Below are positions 1 through 9,447 of a DNA stretch of 64,000 nucleotides, in pieces; positions within the stretch are counted from its first letter, which is position 1; each line of letters opens with the position of its first letter. A program made the position numbers and the translations under genes. The notes under the pieces are model-generated. The model had not been told where the DNA came from and did not search any database. It worked only from the letters and a program-made list of their open reading frames with translations. Origin of the DNA: an uncultured Chloroflexia bacterium (GTDB lineage: Bacteria > Chloroflexota > Limnocylindria > Limnocylindrales > CSP1-4); the NCBI GenBank assembly GCA_963706695.1, contig CAVPNC010000015.1:874-64873 (forward strand). Direction: 5' to 3'.

Positions 1-21
1 GGTGGGTGCCGAGGTTGTTCG

Positions 22-111
22 ACCCTGAAGTATCCCAAGCGCAGCCAGTACAAGCACGCGAAGCAGAAGAAGTACCAGGTTCGCAACTGGGCGGAATACA
101 ACGAAGGGCTG
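22..111 (+). mobile_element. IS5-family (IS903-group) transposase N-terminal remnant
   Basis: Frame +1 reads TLKYPKRSQYKHAKQKKYQVRNWAEYNEGL, matching the KY(R/Q)V(R/T)NW.EY(N/D)..L start of IS903-group transposases; the expected RRRG.LT.W continuation is absent. Confidence 0.65.
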
Positions 112-384
112 TGCCCGTGCTCCGCGAAAACTCCGTACCGGCCGATTCCACTGGATTTCAACCACTCTGGCTATAAATTCAAATGCGTCGATACTCTCAC
201 CCTTCGGTAGTCTATCTTCCAGGGTATCGTCAGAAAGGCGAAACAGTTCGGGCTGATGGACCTGCAGGACGACAGACATCTGGTTCGGGTTGAATTGAGC
301 GGCCGCGACTCGAAGGGAACGGTCGTGAAAGACCTGGTCCTCCACATGGAGTGCGATCGAGATGGCTGCAAGGTCATCCCGTGA
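112..384 (+). pseudogene. 3' fragment of a hypothetical gene with an internal TAG
   Basis: Frame +1 continues ...VDTLTLR*(208-210)SIFQGIVRKAKQFGLMDLQDDRHLVRVELSG...CDRDGCKVIP*; protein-like on both sides of the stop, no start codon. Confidence 0.35.
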
Positions 385-421
385 CCAGCGGTCTTCTTTA
401 TCGCAGCACTTTGAAATTGGG

Positions 422-721
422 TCACATCCGGGTTGGAGCAATCAGGTTGGAAACAGCGACGAGAGCCAAAGAACGTAAAGGATCATTCCAGCTCCGGGAC
501 TGGTGGGATGGCACTAAAACCTTGATCGTTCGTGGCTGCCCTGGCGCCCGCACGATCGATCCTCGATTCTCCAGCGTGAGTATCATCTGGTGCACTGATG
601 GAGGCGTAACCTCGAAATACCGCTGCATGTCGGCTTCCGCAGGCGGAACGCGGTTGAGTTTCGTGTAGGCGTGAATGAACGCTAGATACTGACCTTGGAG
701 TTTCGTGAATTTAGGTTGCAT
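422..721 (-). CDS. Small LexA-N-terminal-like/MarR-type winged-HTH protein, probably frameshifted near its end
   Basis: FTKLQGQYLAFIHAYTKLNRVPPAEADMQRYFEVTPPSVHQMILTLENRGSIVRAPGQPRTI is typical of this family; adding one base near 498 restores a QLPELE* ending. Confidence 0.7.
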   Translation of the reverse strand: MQPKFTKLQGQYLAFIHAYTKLNRVPPAEADMQRYFEVTPPSVHQMILTLENRGSIVRAPGQPRTIKVLVPSHQSRSWNDPLRSLALVAVSNLIAPTRM

Positions 722-741
722 CTGCGTCCGTGGGTCTAATT

Positions 742-1152
742 CTACTCGGCGTCTGCCCCCCTGTACTGCTTGGATTTCCGGCGCGGTCTCAGTATGAGCC
801 GGAAGGCGGACTCGCCGAAGCTCTCGTATTCATGCACGAGAATACTACGCCGCTCCCCAAGAAGCTCCATCTCCATCGTTCCGCAACACCTGTTCTTCAA
901 CCTCGCCTTCTCAACAATGATTTGAATGACTTTACATTCCAACTCGCGCGTGATGAGTGTGCCGCCCGCACCGGTGTCACCGAACATTTAGCATACTTCA
1001 AGACGATTATCTCCTCCGTACTCCAGTTCAACGGTGTCCGCCGCACCCGCTTTAGCAGCGTTCTCCAAAACGGTGCGAAGCGTCTGAAGAGCCTCAGTCC
1101 GCGTCTTTTCGCTATCGTCCACGACGTCTGCGACCTTTGGGAACTTTCTCAT
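742..1152 (-). pseudogene. Hypothetical protein with in-frame TAA
   Basis: ATG at 1152 reads MRKFPKVADVVDD...LEYGGDNRLEVC*(988-990)MFGDTGAGG... and continues in frame into ORF 742..987. Confidence 0.5.
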
Positions 1153-1462
1153 CAATAGTCCCCCCTTGCGGGCCGTAGCCGAGGTTCTCGTATGTCATCC
1201 GGAGAACGTATAGAAGATTGACGAGGAATTGCTCCGAGCCCTCCCCGGAAATGAAAACAGCCGCGCTCCTCACCCAAGTCTCGTCCGACACCATTGCCGG
1301 AAACGGGCTGACGCCTGCATAAATCGGATTGCATATGATTCCCCTGACATCCTCCGCTGTCAATTCGCCCGTGTCGTCAGATGTGCGCAGGGTAGCGTTT
1401 GGCGCAGGGATAGGCGCTTCCTTCTATCCGCCGTTTCCTCCGAAAATATCTTGAATCTCCAT
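1112..1462 (-). pseudogene. Hypothetical protein (NPIYAG motif) with in-frame TAG
   Basis: Purine-rich RBS, ATG at 1462, MEIQDIFGGNGG*(1424-1426)KEAPIP..., continuing in frame into ORF 1112..1363 (VRGIICNPIYAGVSPFPAMVSDETW). Confidence 0.5.
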
Positions 1463-1739
1463 GCTCGCAGGTCTCCCTTCTCCAAAATGTGGCCGTCACG
1501 AACTTGAGGAAGCTTTCGACGTGATGAGCTTTCGTTTTGACCGCGGTAAAGATTTTGAGAAGCTCGGCAGTCAGCGGCGCTGATTGGTTCTTGGATGTTG
1601 GTGCAAGCCCGGCCTCCTCGCCACATGAAACGCATAGAACCTCATCTGCTTTTACGAAATCGGGATAGGTTGCGCTGTCAAAGCGCAAGGGCATATGACA
1701 CCAGCGTCTTCGAGAAAGGGCATACGCGCATTTCAATAA

Positions 1740-2299
1740 CCCCGATCCTCCAACCTCGTTTCTTCAGCCATTCTTCAGCAGCCGTTATCGAACGGCTTTG
1801 GTTTGGTCGGACGGTGAAGGCGCCCCACTTTCCATCGACTCCGGCATAGAGGCAACGACCACCAAAACTCTCTCCGCGCCAACTCGTGGCCGAGAATTCA
1901 ACAAGGCCTCGACCTCCTCCGACATCAGACTCAACGATCGAGGGCTTACGGTGATAGGCGTACCATCCAGAAGGTTCCGCGATGACAGGAATCGGAACCC
2001 CAAAGCAGTAGTAGAGTACCTCTTGGACGCTCCTCCGAGGAATAGCTCCCAATGGAATCTTGGGGTATGTCCGTCTGCGTTGACGGAGACGAGGCCTTTT
2101 GGGCTTCGCCCTCGATGTTGGCGCTGGTGGCATAGAGGACGGCGTTCAGCACCCGCTGGACGAGACGCTTGAACAAAGTGCTGGTGAAAATAGGATCCCT
2201 CGACTCCGGATCGACATCGGGAGCGTGGCTGTCGAGCAGATCCTCGAGGCGCGCCCCGGGCTCGATAAGAAGATCCCGGCTGAGCAGATACCCATACAC
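1740..2299 (-). pseudogene. Abutting fragments of hypothetical genes
   Basis: Two protein-like segments in different frames: YGYLLSRDLLIEPG...VLNAVLYATS and WYAYHRKPSIVES...FGGRCLYAGVDGKWGAFTVRPNQS...WLKKRGW; neither has a clear start. Confidence 0.4.
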
Positions 2300-2366
2300 A
2301 CGCAGCCGGGTCTTTGGGTATGCGATATTGCTTGATCACTTGAAATTATCATGATATTTTCAAGTT

Positions 2367-3515
2367 GTGTTTACACGGAAATTGATCCTGCCAAAGGAGA
2401 ACAAGGAGACATTCTTCCTCTGGGGCCCACGGCAGACAGGGAAGACCACCTTGCTGCAGCTGGAGTATCCGGACGCTTTCTGGATCGATCTGCTCAAGGC
2501 CGACCACTATCGACGATATCTGACACACCCCGAGCGGATGCGGGAGGAGATCGCCGCACTGAAAACCAAGCCCTTCGTGGTGATCGACGAGGTGCAAAAG
2601 GTGCCGAAGCTCCTCGACGAGGTGCACTGGCTCCACGAGGCCCACGGGCTGCAGTTCGCGCTGTGCGGGTCGAGCGCGCGAAAGGTCAAGCGCGGCGCGG
2701 CCAACCTGCTCGGGGGGCGGGCAGTCCGGTATGAGCTCAGGGGCCTCACGTCCGCCGAGCTCGGCTCGGCATTCGACCTCGAGCGAATCCTCAACCATGG
2801 ATTCCTGCCCCGAATTTACGAATCGGCCCGACCCAAGCGGCTGCTCAACTCATATGTCGCCGACTATCTCAAGGAGGAGGTGGCGTCCGAAGGCCTGGTA
2901 CGCAACCTGCCCGTGTTCAGCGAGTTCCTCAACATTGCATCGCTCTCGGATACTCACCCAGTGAACTACTCGAACATCGCCCGAGAGTGCGGCGTATCCA
3001 GCCAGACCGTCCGGGGGTACTTCGAGATCCTCGAGGATACACTGATGGCGCGGTGGCTCCCGTCCTATCGCAAGCGTCCCAAGCGGAGAGTCATCCACTC
3101 TCCGAAGCTCTATTTTGCCGATGTCGGGATCGTGGGATTCCTCGCCCGCCGTGGATGGCTGGAGGCGGGCTCGGAACTGTTCGGCAACGCGTTTGAGAGC
3201 TGGTGCTTCCACGAGATCACCGCATACAACTGCTACGCGGACCGATTCGCGAACATCAGCTATTGGCGCCTGGCTAGCGGCATCGAGGTGGACTTCGTGA
3301 TCAACGATATGGCGGTCGCCATCGAGGCCAAGTCGTCGCGAACCATCTCCTCCCATCACCTCACTGGCCTCAGACAGCTCGCCATCGATCACCCAAATGT
3401 CGAACGTCGCATCGTTCTCTGCCTGGAGAACAGACCGCGGCGAACGCCCGACGGGATCGAGATCATGCCTTATGGTGATTTCGTGCAGCACCTGTGGAGC
3501 GAGGGTATTTTCTAG
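2367..3515 (+). CDS. AAA+ ATPase with C-terminal DUF4143 domain
   Basis: Walker A GPRQTGKT, Walker B VVIDEVQK, CGSS, PKLYFADVG, and a C-terminal EVDFV...AIEAKS PD-(D/E)xK-like motif. Confidence 0.9.
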   Translation: MFTRKLILPKENKETFFLWGPRQTGKTTLLQLEYPDAFWIDLLKADHYRRYLTHPERMREEIAALKTKPFVVIDEVQKVPKLLDEVHWLHEAHGLQFALCGSSARKVKRGAANLLGGRAVRYELRGLTSAELGSAFDLERILNHGFLPRIYESARPKRLLNSYVADYLKEEVASEGLVRNLPVFSEFLNIASLSDTHPVNYSNIARECGVSSQTVRGYFEILEDTLMARWLPSYRKRPKRRVIHSPKLYFADVGIVGFLARRGWLEAGSELFGNAFESWCFHEITAYNCYADRFANISYWRLASGIEVDFVINDMAVAIEAKSSRTISSHHLTGLRQLAIDHPNVERRIVLCLENRPRRTPDGIEIMPYGDFVQHLWSEGIF

Positions 3516-3917
3516 CGCTTGGGGCCACACCGGAACCACGCTTTCGGTCCGTGGTCGAGGTTTCTGGTCTCGGTGTTGCTCGCCGTCATGGCCGGGTGGG
3601 CCGTTCCTCCGTCGATTGCGGCCGATTTATCTACGGACTTCGCACCACGGAGTGGAAATGGGTTATATAAGCACTGAGGTAACGCTGCGATCTAGAAAGG
3701 GCATTCAGGTACCACAGTTTCCTGCGGTCTTTTCACGACGCTTTTTCGCCGTTTTCTGGGCCGATGTTTTTTTCGCTGTCGCCACCCGAAAGCAAGAATA
3801 GTCTGGAACCGGTAACCCCTTTGTCTTTTTCTCCATAGAGGTTTGTCTTCCCCCCAAGATCGGCAAAAAGGATACCTGGGCTCCGATTGCGCCTGAGCTA
3901 GCAGAGGAGCTGACGAC

Positions 3918-4791
3918 ATGGCCGGCAAGAATGCCAAGGCGACCAAGCCCCGATCGACGAGCAAGCGTGCCGCGGCAACGGCCCGGGCAAAGGCACAGGC
4001 GCCCGCGCCGGCAGCCGGTCTGCCCAAGAAGTTCTACGAGCAGGAGCTGGCCAAGCTGCAGATCGAGCTGGTCAAGATGCAGGAGTGGATCCGCGCTCGC
4101 GGCCTGAAGGTGGTCATCCTCTTCGAGGGTCGAGACGCGGCCGGCAAGGGCGGCTCCATCAAGCGCATCACCCAGAGCCTCAACCCGCGCGTCGCGCGCG
4201 TGGTGGCCCTGCCGGCACCCACCGAGCGCGAGAAGACGCAGTGGTACTTCCAGCGCTATGTGCCGCACCTGCCCGCAGCCGGTGAGATGGTCCTCTTCGA
4301 CCGCAGCTGGTACAACCGCGCCGGCGTCGACCGCGTCATGGGCTTCGCCACGGAGGCAGAGGTCGAGGAGTTCTTCCGGTCCTGCCCTGAGTTCGAGCGG
4401 ATGCTCGTGCGCTCGGGGATCATCCTCATCAAGTACTGGTTCTCGGTCAGCGACGCCGAGCAGGAGGTCCGCTTCCAGCAGCGCATCGACGACCCCACCA
4501 AGCGCTGGAAGCTCTCGCCCATGGACCTCCAGTCACGAGCCCGCTGGGTGGAGTACTCCAAGGCCAAGGACGACATGTTCCGCCACACCGACATCAAGCA
4601 GGCGCCCTGGTACGTGGTCAACGCGGACAGCAAGCGCCGGGCCCGGCTCAACGTCATCAGGCACCTGCTCTCGCTGGTCCCCTATCGAGGACCTCACGCC
4701 CGAGCCCATCACCCTGCCGCCGCGCGAGCCGGACAAGGGCTACGTGCGCACGCCCTTCGACGACCAGTCCTTCATCCCCGAGCCCTACTAG
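3918..4791 (+). CDS. ppk2: Polyphosphate kinase 2 (one frameshift near 4686)
   Basis: FEGRDAAGKGG, WYFQRY, FDRSWYNRAG and KRWKLSPMD motifs; the C-terminus (EDLTPEPITLPPR...PEPY*) lies in another frame; GAGGAG RBS. Confidence 0.92.
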
Positions 4792-4800
4792 GCGAACGCG

Positions 4801-5743
4801 ATGCCGGGCTAGCCTCGTGGTCATCAATCCGCACGCCTCCAAGGCCCGCCAGCCGAGCACGCTGGCCGCGCTGACCGAGCGGGTCGAGGAGGTGCTGACC
4901 GCTCGGGATGGCACGCGCGCCGACGGATCGTCGAGACGGCCTCGGCTGAGGCGGTCGGACCGCTCGTGGCGGAGGCGCTCGACGAGGGTGTGGCCGCGGT
5001 CGTCGGCGTCGGTGGCGACGGCACCATGCGTGACATCGCCGCGGTCATCGCCGGCACGGACGTGCCGCTCGGCATCATCCCTGCCGGGACCGGCAACCAG
5101 GTGGCCGCGGTGCTGGGCATCCCCCTCTCGCCGATCGAGGCGGTGGATGCGACTCGGGCGCGCCACGCGAGCGGACCATCGACCTGGGCGAGGTCCGCGT
5201 CGAGATGGCCAGGTGACAGACCCGACCGACGTCGAGCTTCATCATCGGCTGCGGCGCAGGCTTCGATGCCGAGCTCATGGCCACCACCTCGGGCAGCCTC
5301 AAGCGACGACTGGGAGCGGCCGCCTACTTCGTGCAGGCCGCCCGCATGGCCATGCGTCTCTCGGCCACACCCTGCCGCGTGACCGTCGACGACGAGCTCA
5401 TCGAGACGGACGCCACGGCCGTGCTCATCGGCAACATGGGCCAGCTCGTGCCGGGCCGACTGGGACTGCGGCTACCGCTCGATCCGTCCGACGGCCTGCT
5501 CGATCTCATCGTCGTCGGCGCTTCGAGCCCGGTCGGCGGTCTCCGGGGCCTGGCCGACCAGCTGCGCCGCACGAAGCTCGGCGGCGGCTCGGGCGACGCC
5601 AGCATCCGGCGCCGCGGCCGCAGGATCCGCTCGAGCCGCTCGAGCCGATGCCACTCGAGGTCGACGGCGACTACGTCGGCACGGGCAGCCTCGAGGCGCG
5701 CGTCGTCCCGCACGCACTGCAGGTGCTCGCACCGGCCGAGTGA
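4801..5743 (+). CDS. Diacylglycerol/lipid kinase family protein (several frameshifts)
   Basis: VINPHAS, GVGGDGT, GIIPAGTGN, GAGFDAE, DGLLDL and EVDGD motifs spread over several frames. Confidence 0.85.
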
Positions 5744-7773
5744 TCAGTCCCCGCAGTCCAGCTCCTCGGCGGCATACCACGACATGGCCGTGGCGGTGCC
5801 ATCGGGCTCGATCGTCACCGACCACGACGAGGCCCAGACCTCGCTGCCATCGGTGGCGCCCAGAAGTCGGAGACCCACTCGCACGGTCCCCCGCTGAGGG
5901 TCAGCCCGTCGTCCGGGCAGGCCGCCCTGGGCCTCGGGCGGCTCGACCGGCTCGTCGGTGAGGCGTGCAGTCGAGCCGTTCCTCGAACGTGCCGTCGGCG
6001 AACTCGATCCAGAGCGCCTGCGCACACGAGGCGTGCATGTACGTCTCGGCGTCAGGATCGCTCACCGGCAGCTGCGTCTCGATGTCCCCAAGCTCGGCGG
6101 TGGCGACCGTACCGGCCGGCAGACCGTCGAGCGGCTGCAGGGTGCGCGCGGTCGTGAGCCAGGCCTGCGACGGGCAGGGATGGTCCCGCACAGGCAAGGA
6201 CACGCCGCTCGCCGTCGACGTCGAAGAGGTAGATGACCCCGACATCAGCCGAGCCTGTCGTCCGTGGTCAGCCGCACCGCGTGTCCGATGGGCAGCTCGA
6301 TGGACTCGACCCGGTCGACCGACTCGACCTGCTCGACTTCGGGTGGTCCCGCAGGACCTGGCCCGCTAGCCACTCGTGCGGAGAGCACCCGCGAGGTGAG
6401 CCACTCCGCGTGATCGTCGAGCGTCAGGTGCATGTCGTCATAGGCGTACACGCGGCAGGAGCGGTCCTCGAGCGATGCCTCCAACGTGAGCCAGACCGTG
6501 ACCTCGCTGAAGTCGGCGTCGACCGGCCCCAGTTGCGCGGACAAGGCCACGTCCTGGGGGATGGCCTGCCACGTCTGCGGCAGCGTCATGCGCTACACCG
6601 GCACGCGGCAGCTCGATCCACCGTGTCCGAGCTTCCAGCTCGGCTCGCTGGACGTCCACCTCGGACGCGTCGGCCGGAGGATCCAGCTCCTCCGCCAACG
6701 GCTCGACGGAGGCGGCGATGGCATCCCAGGGGCTGTCGGGTCCGAACACGCCGGTGCAGTTCAGCTGATAGCGCTCACCGCCGGATTCGAAGAAGTAGAG
6801 GTTGGCGCCCTGGTCCGTGTCATCACCGCGGACCACCACGATGTAACGCTCGCGCCCCTGGTCCTCGGCCGAGTACAGCTCGATCGAGACGTTCGGGAAG
6901 GCCACGCTCCATTGCGCCAGGTCCCACGACGCGTGGTCGTGCAGCGGCATCGGGTTCTGCGGGTGGGACTTGAGCTGGCACCACTCGCCATCTGGAGCCT
7001 CAGCGTGACAGCAGTGCCCAGAAGGTGATCGGCCCCGCGTCGGCGAAGGCATCCGGCAGCGAGTCCTCCCGCTCTTCCAGCAGCAGCTCGACCGACCAAT
7101 CGGGCGGCAGTGCCAGCGAGACCCCGGCCTCCGCGAACTCGAAGCGCTCGAGTCCACGAGCGTCCGCATCGGTCAGGTCATCACCATCGCCCTCCTCCTC
7201 GCGGGGCTCCTCCATGACCGTCCCGTCGAGCCACCCGAGCGAATCGGCCACGTCCAGCCAGTCGCCAGCAACGCGTAGGTCCGACTGGCAGAGCAGGCTG
7301 AAGCGCGAAGGCTCGTCGAGGTGACCGGGCGGCGAGTCGATGAGGTAGGCAGCAACGAAGCCAGCCGACTCGGCCCCTCGGACATCGACCATCCAGGCGC
7401 TACCGGCCTCGAGCTCGACCGCGGACGTTCGAGCGGTCGTCGGTCCCCCGTAGCTCTCGACGAGGTTGTCAGCCACGATCGCCGCGAGGCCAGCGAGCTC
7501 CCCGACCGGGTGCAGGTTGCGAGTGAGCTCGCACCAGCCCTCGTCGGCGCTGTAGGCGTAGAGCACACGCCAGAAGCCGGTGAGCGGGTCGCCGGGCACG
7601 TTCTCGTCGTACTCGAGCTCGACCTCGACGTCCCAGCCGATCGGGAACGAGATGGCCACGCCGGCCTCAGGCACTTCGACGCGCTGCGAGTCCGCCGAAG
7701 CGCCGCCGAACATGGTCGCGACGAGCACACCCGCGGTGAGCGTGGCGAGCGTGGTGAGCGTTGTGCGCGGCAC
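5744..7773 (-). CDS. Secreted protein with three ~170-aa repeats plus a 4-Cys C-terminal domain (several frameshifts)
   Basis: GTG at 7773 after GGAGGGA; signal peptide ending ASA; repeats start RVEVPEAGVAISFP.GW, RFEFAEAGVSLALPPDW and WIELPRAGV..TLPQTW; C-terminus is paralogous to 7775..9328. Confidence 0.7.
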
Positions 7774-7774
7774 C

Positions 7775-9328
7775 CTATCCCTCCTGGTCTGGGTCGCACT
7801 CGAGTGCGGAGGGTCCATACCAGGACCGTCCGCCGACGTGGCCGTCGGTCTCGGCGGTGATCTCCCACGACTCGGCCCAGACCACGCTGTCGTCGGTCTC
7901 ACTCCAGAAGTCGGAGTACCACTCGCACGCTCCGCCCTCGAGCCTCACGTCCGTGAGCGGCCAGATCCCCTGGACGTAGTCCGGCCCGACCGGGTCATAG
8001 CTGAGCACACACTCGATGCGTTCCTCGAACGAGCCGTCCGCGTACTCGATCCACAGGGCACGTGTACACGAGGCGGTCATCTCCTCGTCCTCGGTCACAG
8101 GCACGACCGTCGTATAGGGACCGACCGTGTTCGAGGCGACCGCGCCCTCGGGGATATCGGTCCCTTCGGGCTTCTCGGGCGGCTGGGCTTCGGGCTCGGA
8201 TCCCGGCACGGTCCCGTCTTCGAGCAGTTCGATGGTGTCGGCCATGTCACGCCAGCTGGGGCTGACCCCGATGTCGCTGCCACAGGTCAGCACCTGGCGC
8301 ACCGGACCGACATCGATGATGTGGGCCCGCGCGACGCCCGGGTTCGTCTCGCTGACAAGGTCGACGTGACGGGCCAGGCCACCGGCGAGGAAGTCGATCG
8401 TGTTCAGCGCGTGCATGTGGGCGGGTGCGTCGGCCGTCCAGATGGCCGCCTGTAGGTCGGCCTGCTCGTGGACATCGAGGGTGGACTCGCGATGGGTCTG
8501 CAGGCTGCACCAGTCGCCCAGGGGGCCCTCCGTGTAGAGCACCTGCAGGAACGACAGCGGCTCGGCGTCAGGGTCGTCGGGCGGCAGCGCCAGCTCGCGC
8601 TCCTCTGCGATCACCTCGAGCTCCCAGCCTGCCGGCAGCTGCATGGCGATGCCGACCTCGGGCAGCTCCACCCGCTCGAGCTCGTACCGCCCGGCGGTGA
8701 GGAGGACCCGGGCCTCGGATGGCGGCTCGAGCGGGAGCCCCAGACGCTCGTCGGCCGGAAGCAGCTCGAGCGTCTCGGCGATGTCCAGCCATTCGTCTGG
8801 CGGCGGGTTCTCGGCGAAGCAGGTCAGCGAGTAGCGCGTACCGCCATGGTCGAGCTCGTAGGTCGCGAAGCGGTCGCCGCTGAGCGGATCGTCGGCGAGC
8901 GTACGCACGGCGGTGCCCGCGGGCAGCTCGACGGTGGACACGTCGAAGAGCGGCAGATCGAACGACTCCTCGTCGAGTTCCCCCGACTCTCGGAGCTCCT
9001 CCCCGTACTCGGCGAGCTCGAGCATCGAGGATCCGGGATACAGCTCCCAGTCGAGGCTGCAGCTGCTGTCGCTGGCGTCGTCGAACCCGCGGACGACACT
9101 CCAGTAGCCGGAGTACGGATCGCCCGGCTGCCGCTGGCCGTACTCCATCTCGACGCTGGCCTCCCAGCCGGCTGGGTAGGAGACCGCAACACCGGCCTCG
9201 GGCACTTCGACCCGCTCAAGATAGGCCGGGTCGTCGCCCATGCGCAGGTCCTCGTCCTGGGCCGCGACCGGCATGCCGGCGGTCGTGATCAGGCCTGCCA
9301 GTAGACAGGCGGTGGCGATCGGTCGCAT
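7775..9328 (-). CDS. Secreted protein with two ~170-aa repeats plus a 4-Cys C-terminal domain
   Basis: Signal peptide MRPIATACLLAG...VAA/Q; repeats RVEVPEAGVAVSYPAGW and RVELPEVGIAMQLPAGW; acidic composition; intact ORF. Confidence 0.8.
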   Translation of the reverse strand: MRPIATACLLAGLITTAGMPVAAQDEDLRMGDDPAYLERVEVPEAGVAVSYPAGWEASVEMEYGQRQPGDPYSGYWSVVRGFDDASDSSCSLDWELYPGSSMLELAEYGEELRESGELDEESFDLPLFDVSTVELPAGTAVRTLADDPLSGDRFATYELDHGGTRYSLTCFAENPPPDEWLDIAETLELLPADERLGLPLEPPSEARVLLTAGRYELERVELPEVGIAMQLPAGWELEVIAEERELALPPDDPDAEPLSFLQVLYTEGPLGDWCSLQTHRESTLDVHEQADLQAAIWTADAPAHMHALNTIDFLAGGLARHVDLVSETNPGVARAHIIDVGPVRQVLTCGSDIGVSPSWRDMADTIELLEDGTVPGSEPEAQPPEKPEGTDIPEGAVASNTVGPYTTVVPVTEDEEMTASCTRALWIEYADGSFEERIECVLSYDPVGPDYVQGIWPLTDVRLEGGACEWYSDFWSETDDSVVWAESWEITAETDGHVGGRSWYGPSALECDPDQEG

Positions 9329-9356
9329 GTTCCCCCCTTGCTGCGATGCCGCCGCC

Positions 9357-9385
9357 ATCGTCCGCCCCGAATGCGTCCGCGTCAA
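9357..9385 (-). promoter_or_regulatory. Putative sigma70-type promoter for the repeat-protein pair
   Basis: TTGACG (9385-9380), 17-nt spacer, GACGAT (9362-9357), upstream of ATG 9328. Confidence 0.4.
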
Positions 9386-9388
9386 CAG

Positions 9389-9422
9389 GAAGAAACCGCC
9401 GGATCCGTGCCGGATCCGGCGG
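9389..9422 (-). terminator. Intrinsic terminator of the VIT-vWA gene
   Basis: Perfect 12-bp stem CCGCCGGATCCG/CGGATCCGGCGG (9396-9422) followed by TTTCTT on the minus strand. Confidence 0.75.
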
Positions 9423-9447
9423 CGGGAGGGAGAGGTGGCAGGCGCGA

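Noticed and set aside
208-1426. Stop-codon reassignment or readthrough in the AT-rich block
   Set aside because: The stops are mixed TAG and TAA, come with indels and truncations, and TAG terminates normal genes such as the adjacent ATPase.
3705-3836. Short Lys-rich minus-strand ORF (MEKKTKG...)
   Set aside because: Only 43 codons, no recognisable motif, at the compositional junction; cannot be supported.
4680-4700. Programmed frameshift in ppk2
   Set aside because: No slippery heptamer; lies in a zone with many apparent indel errors.
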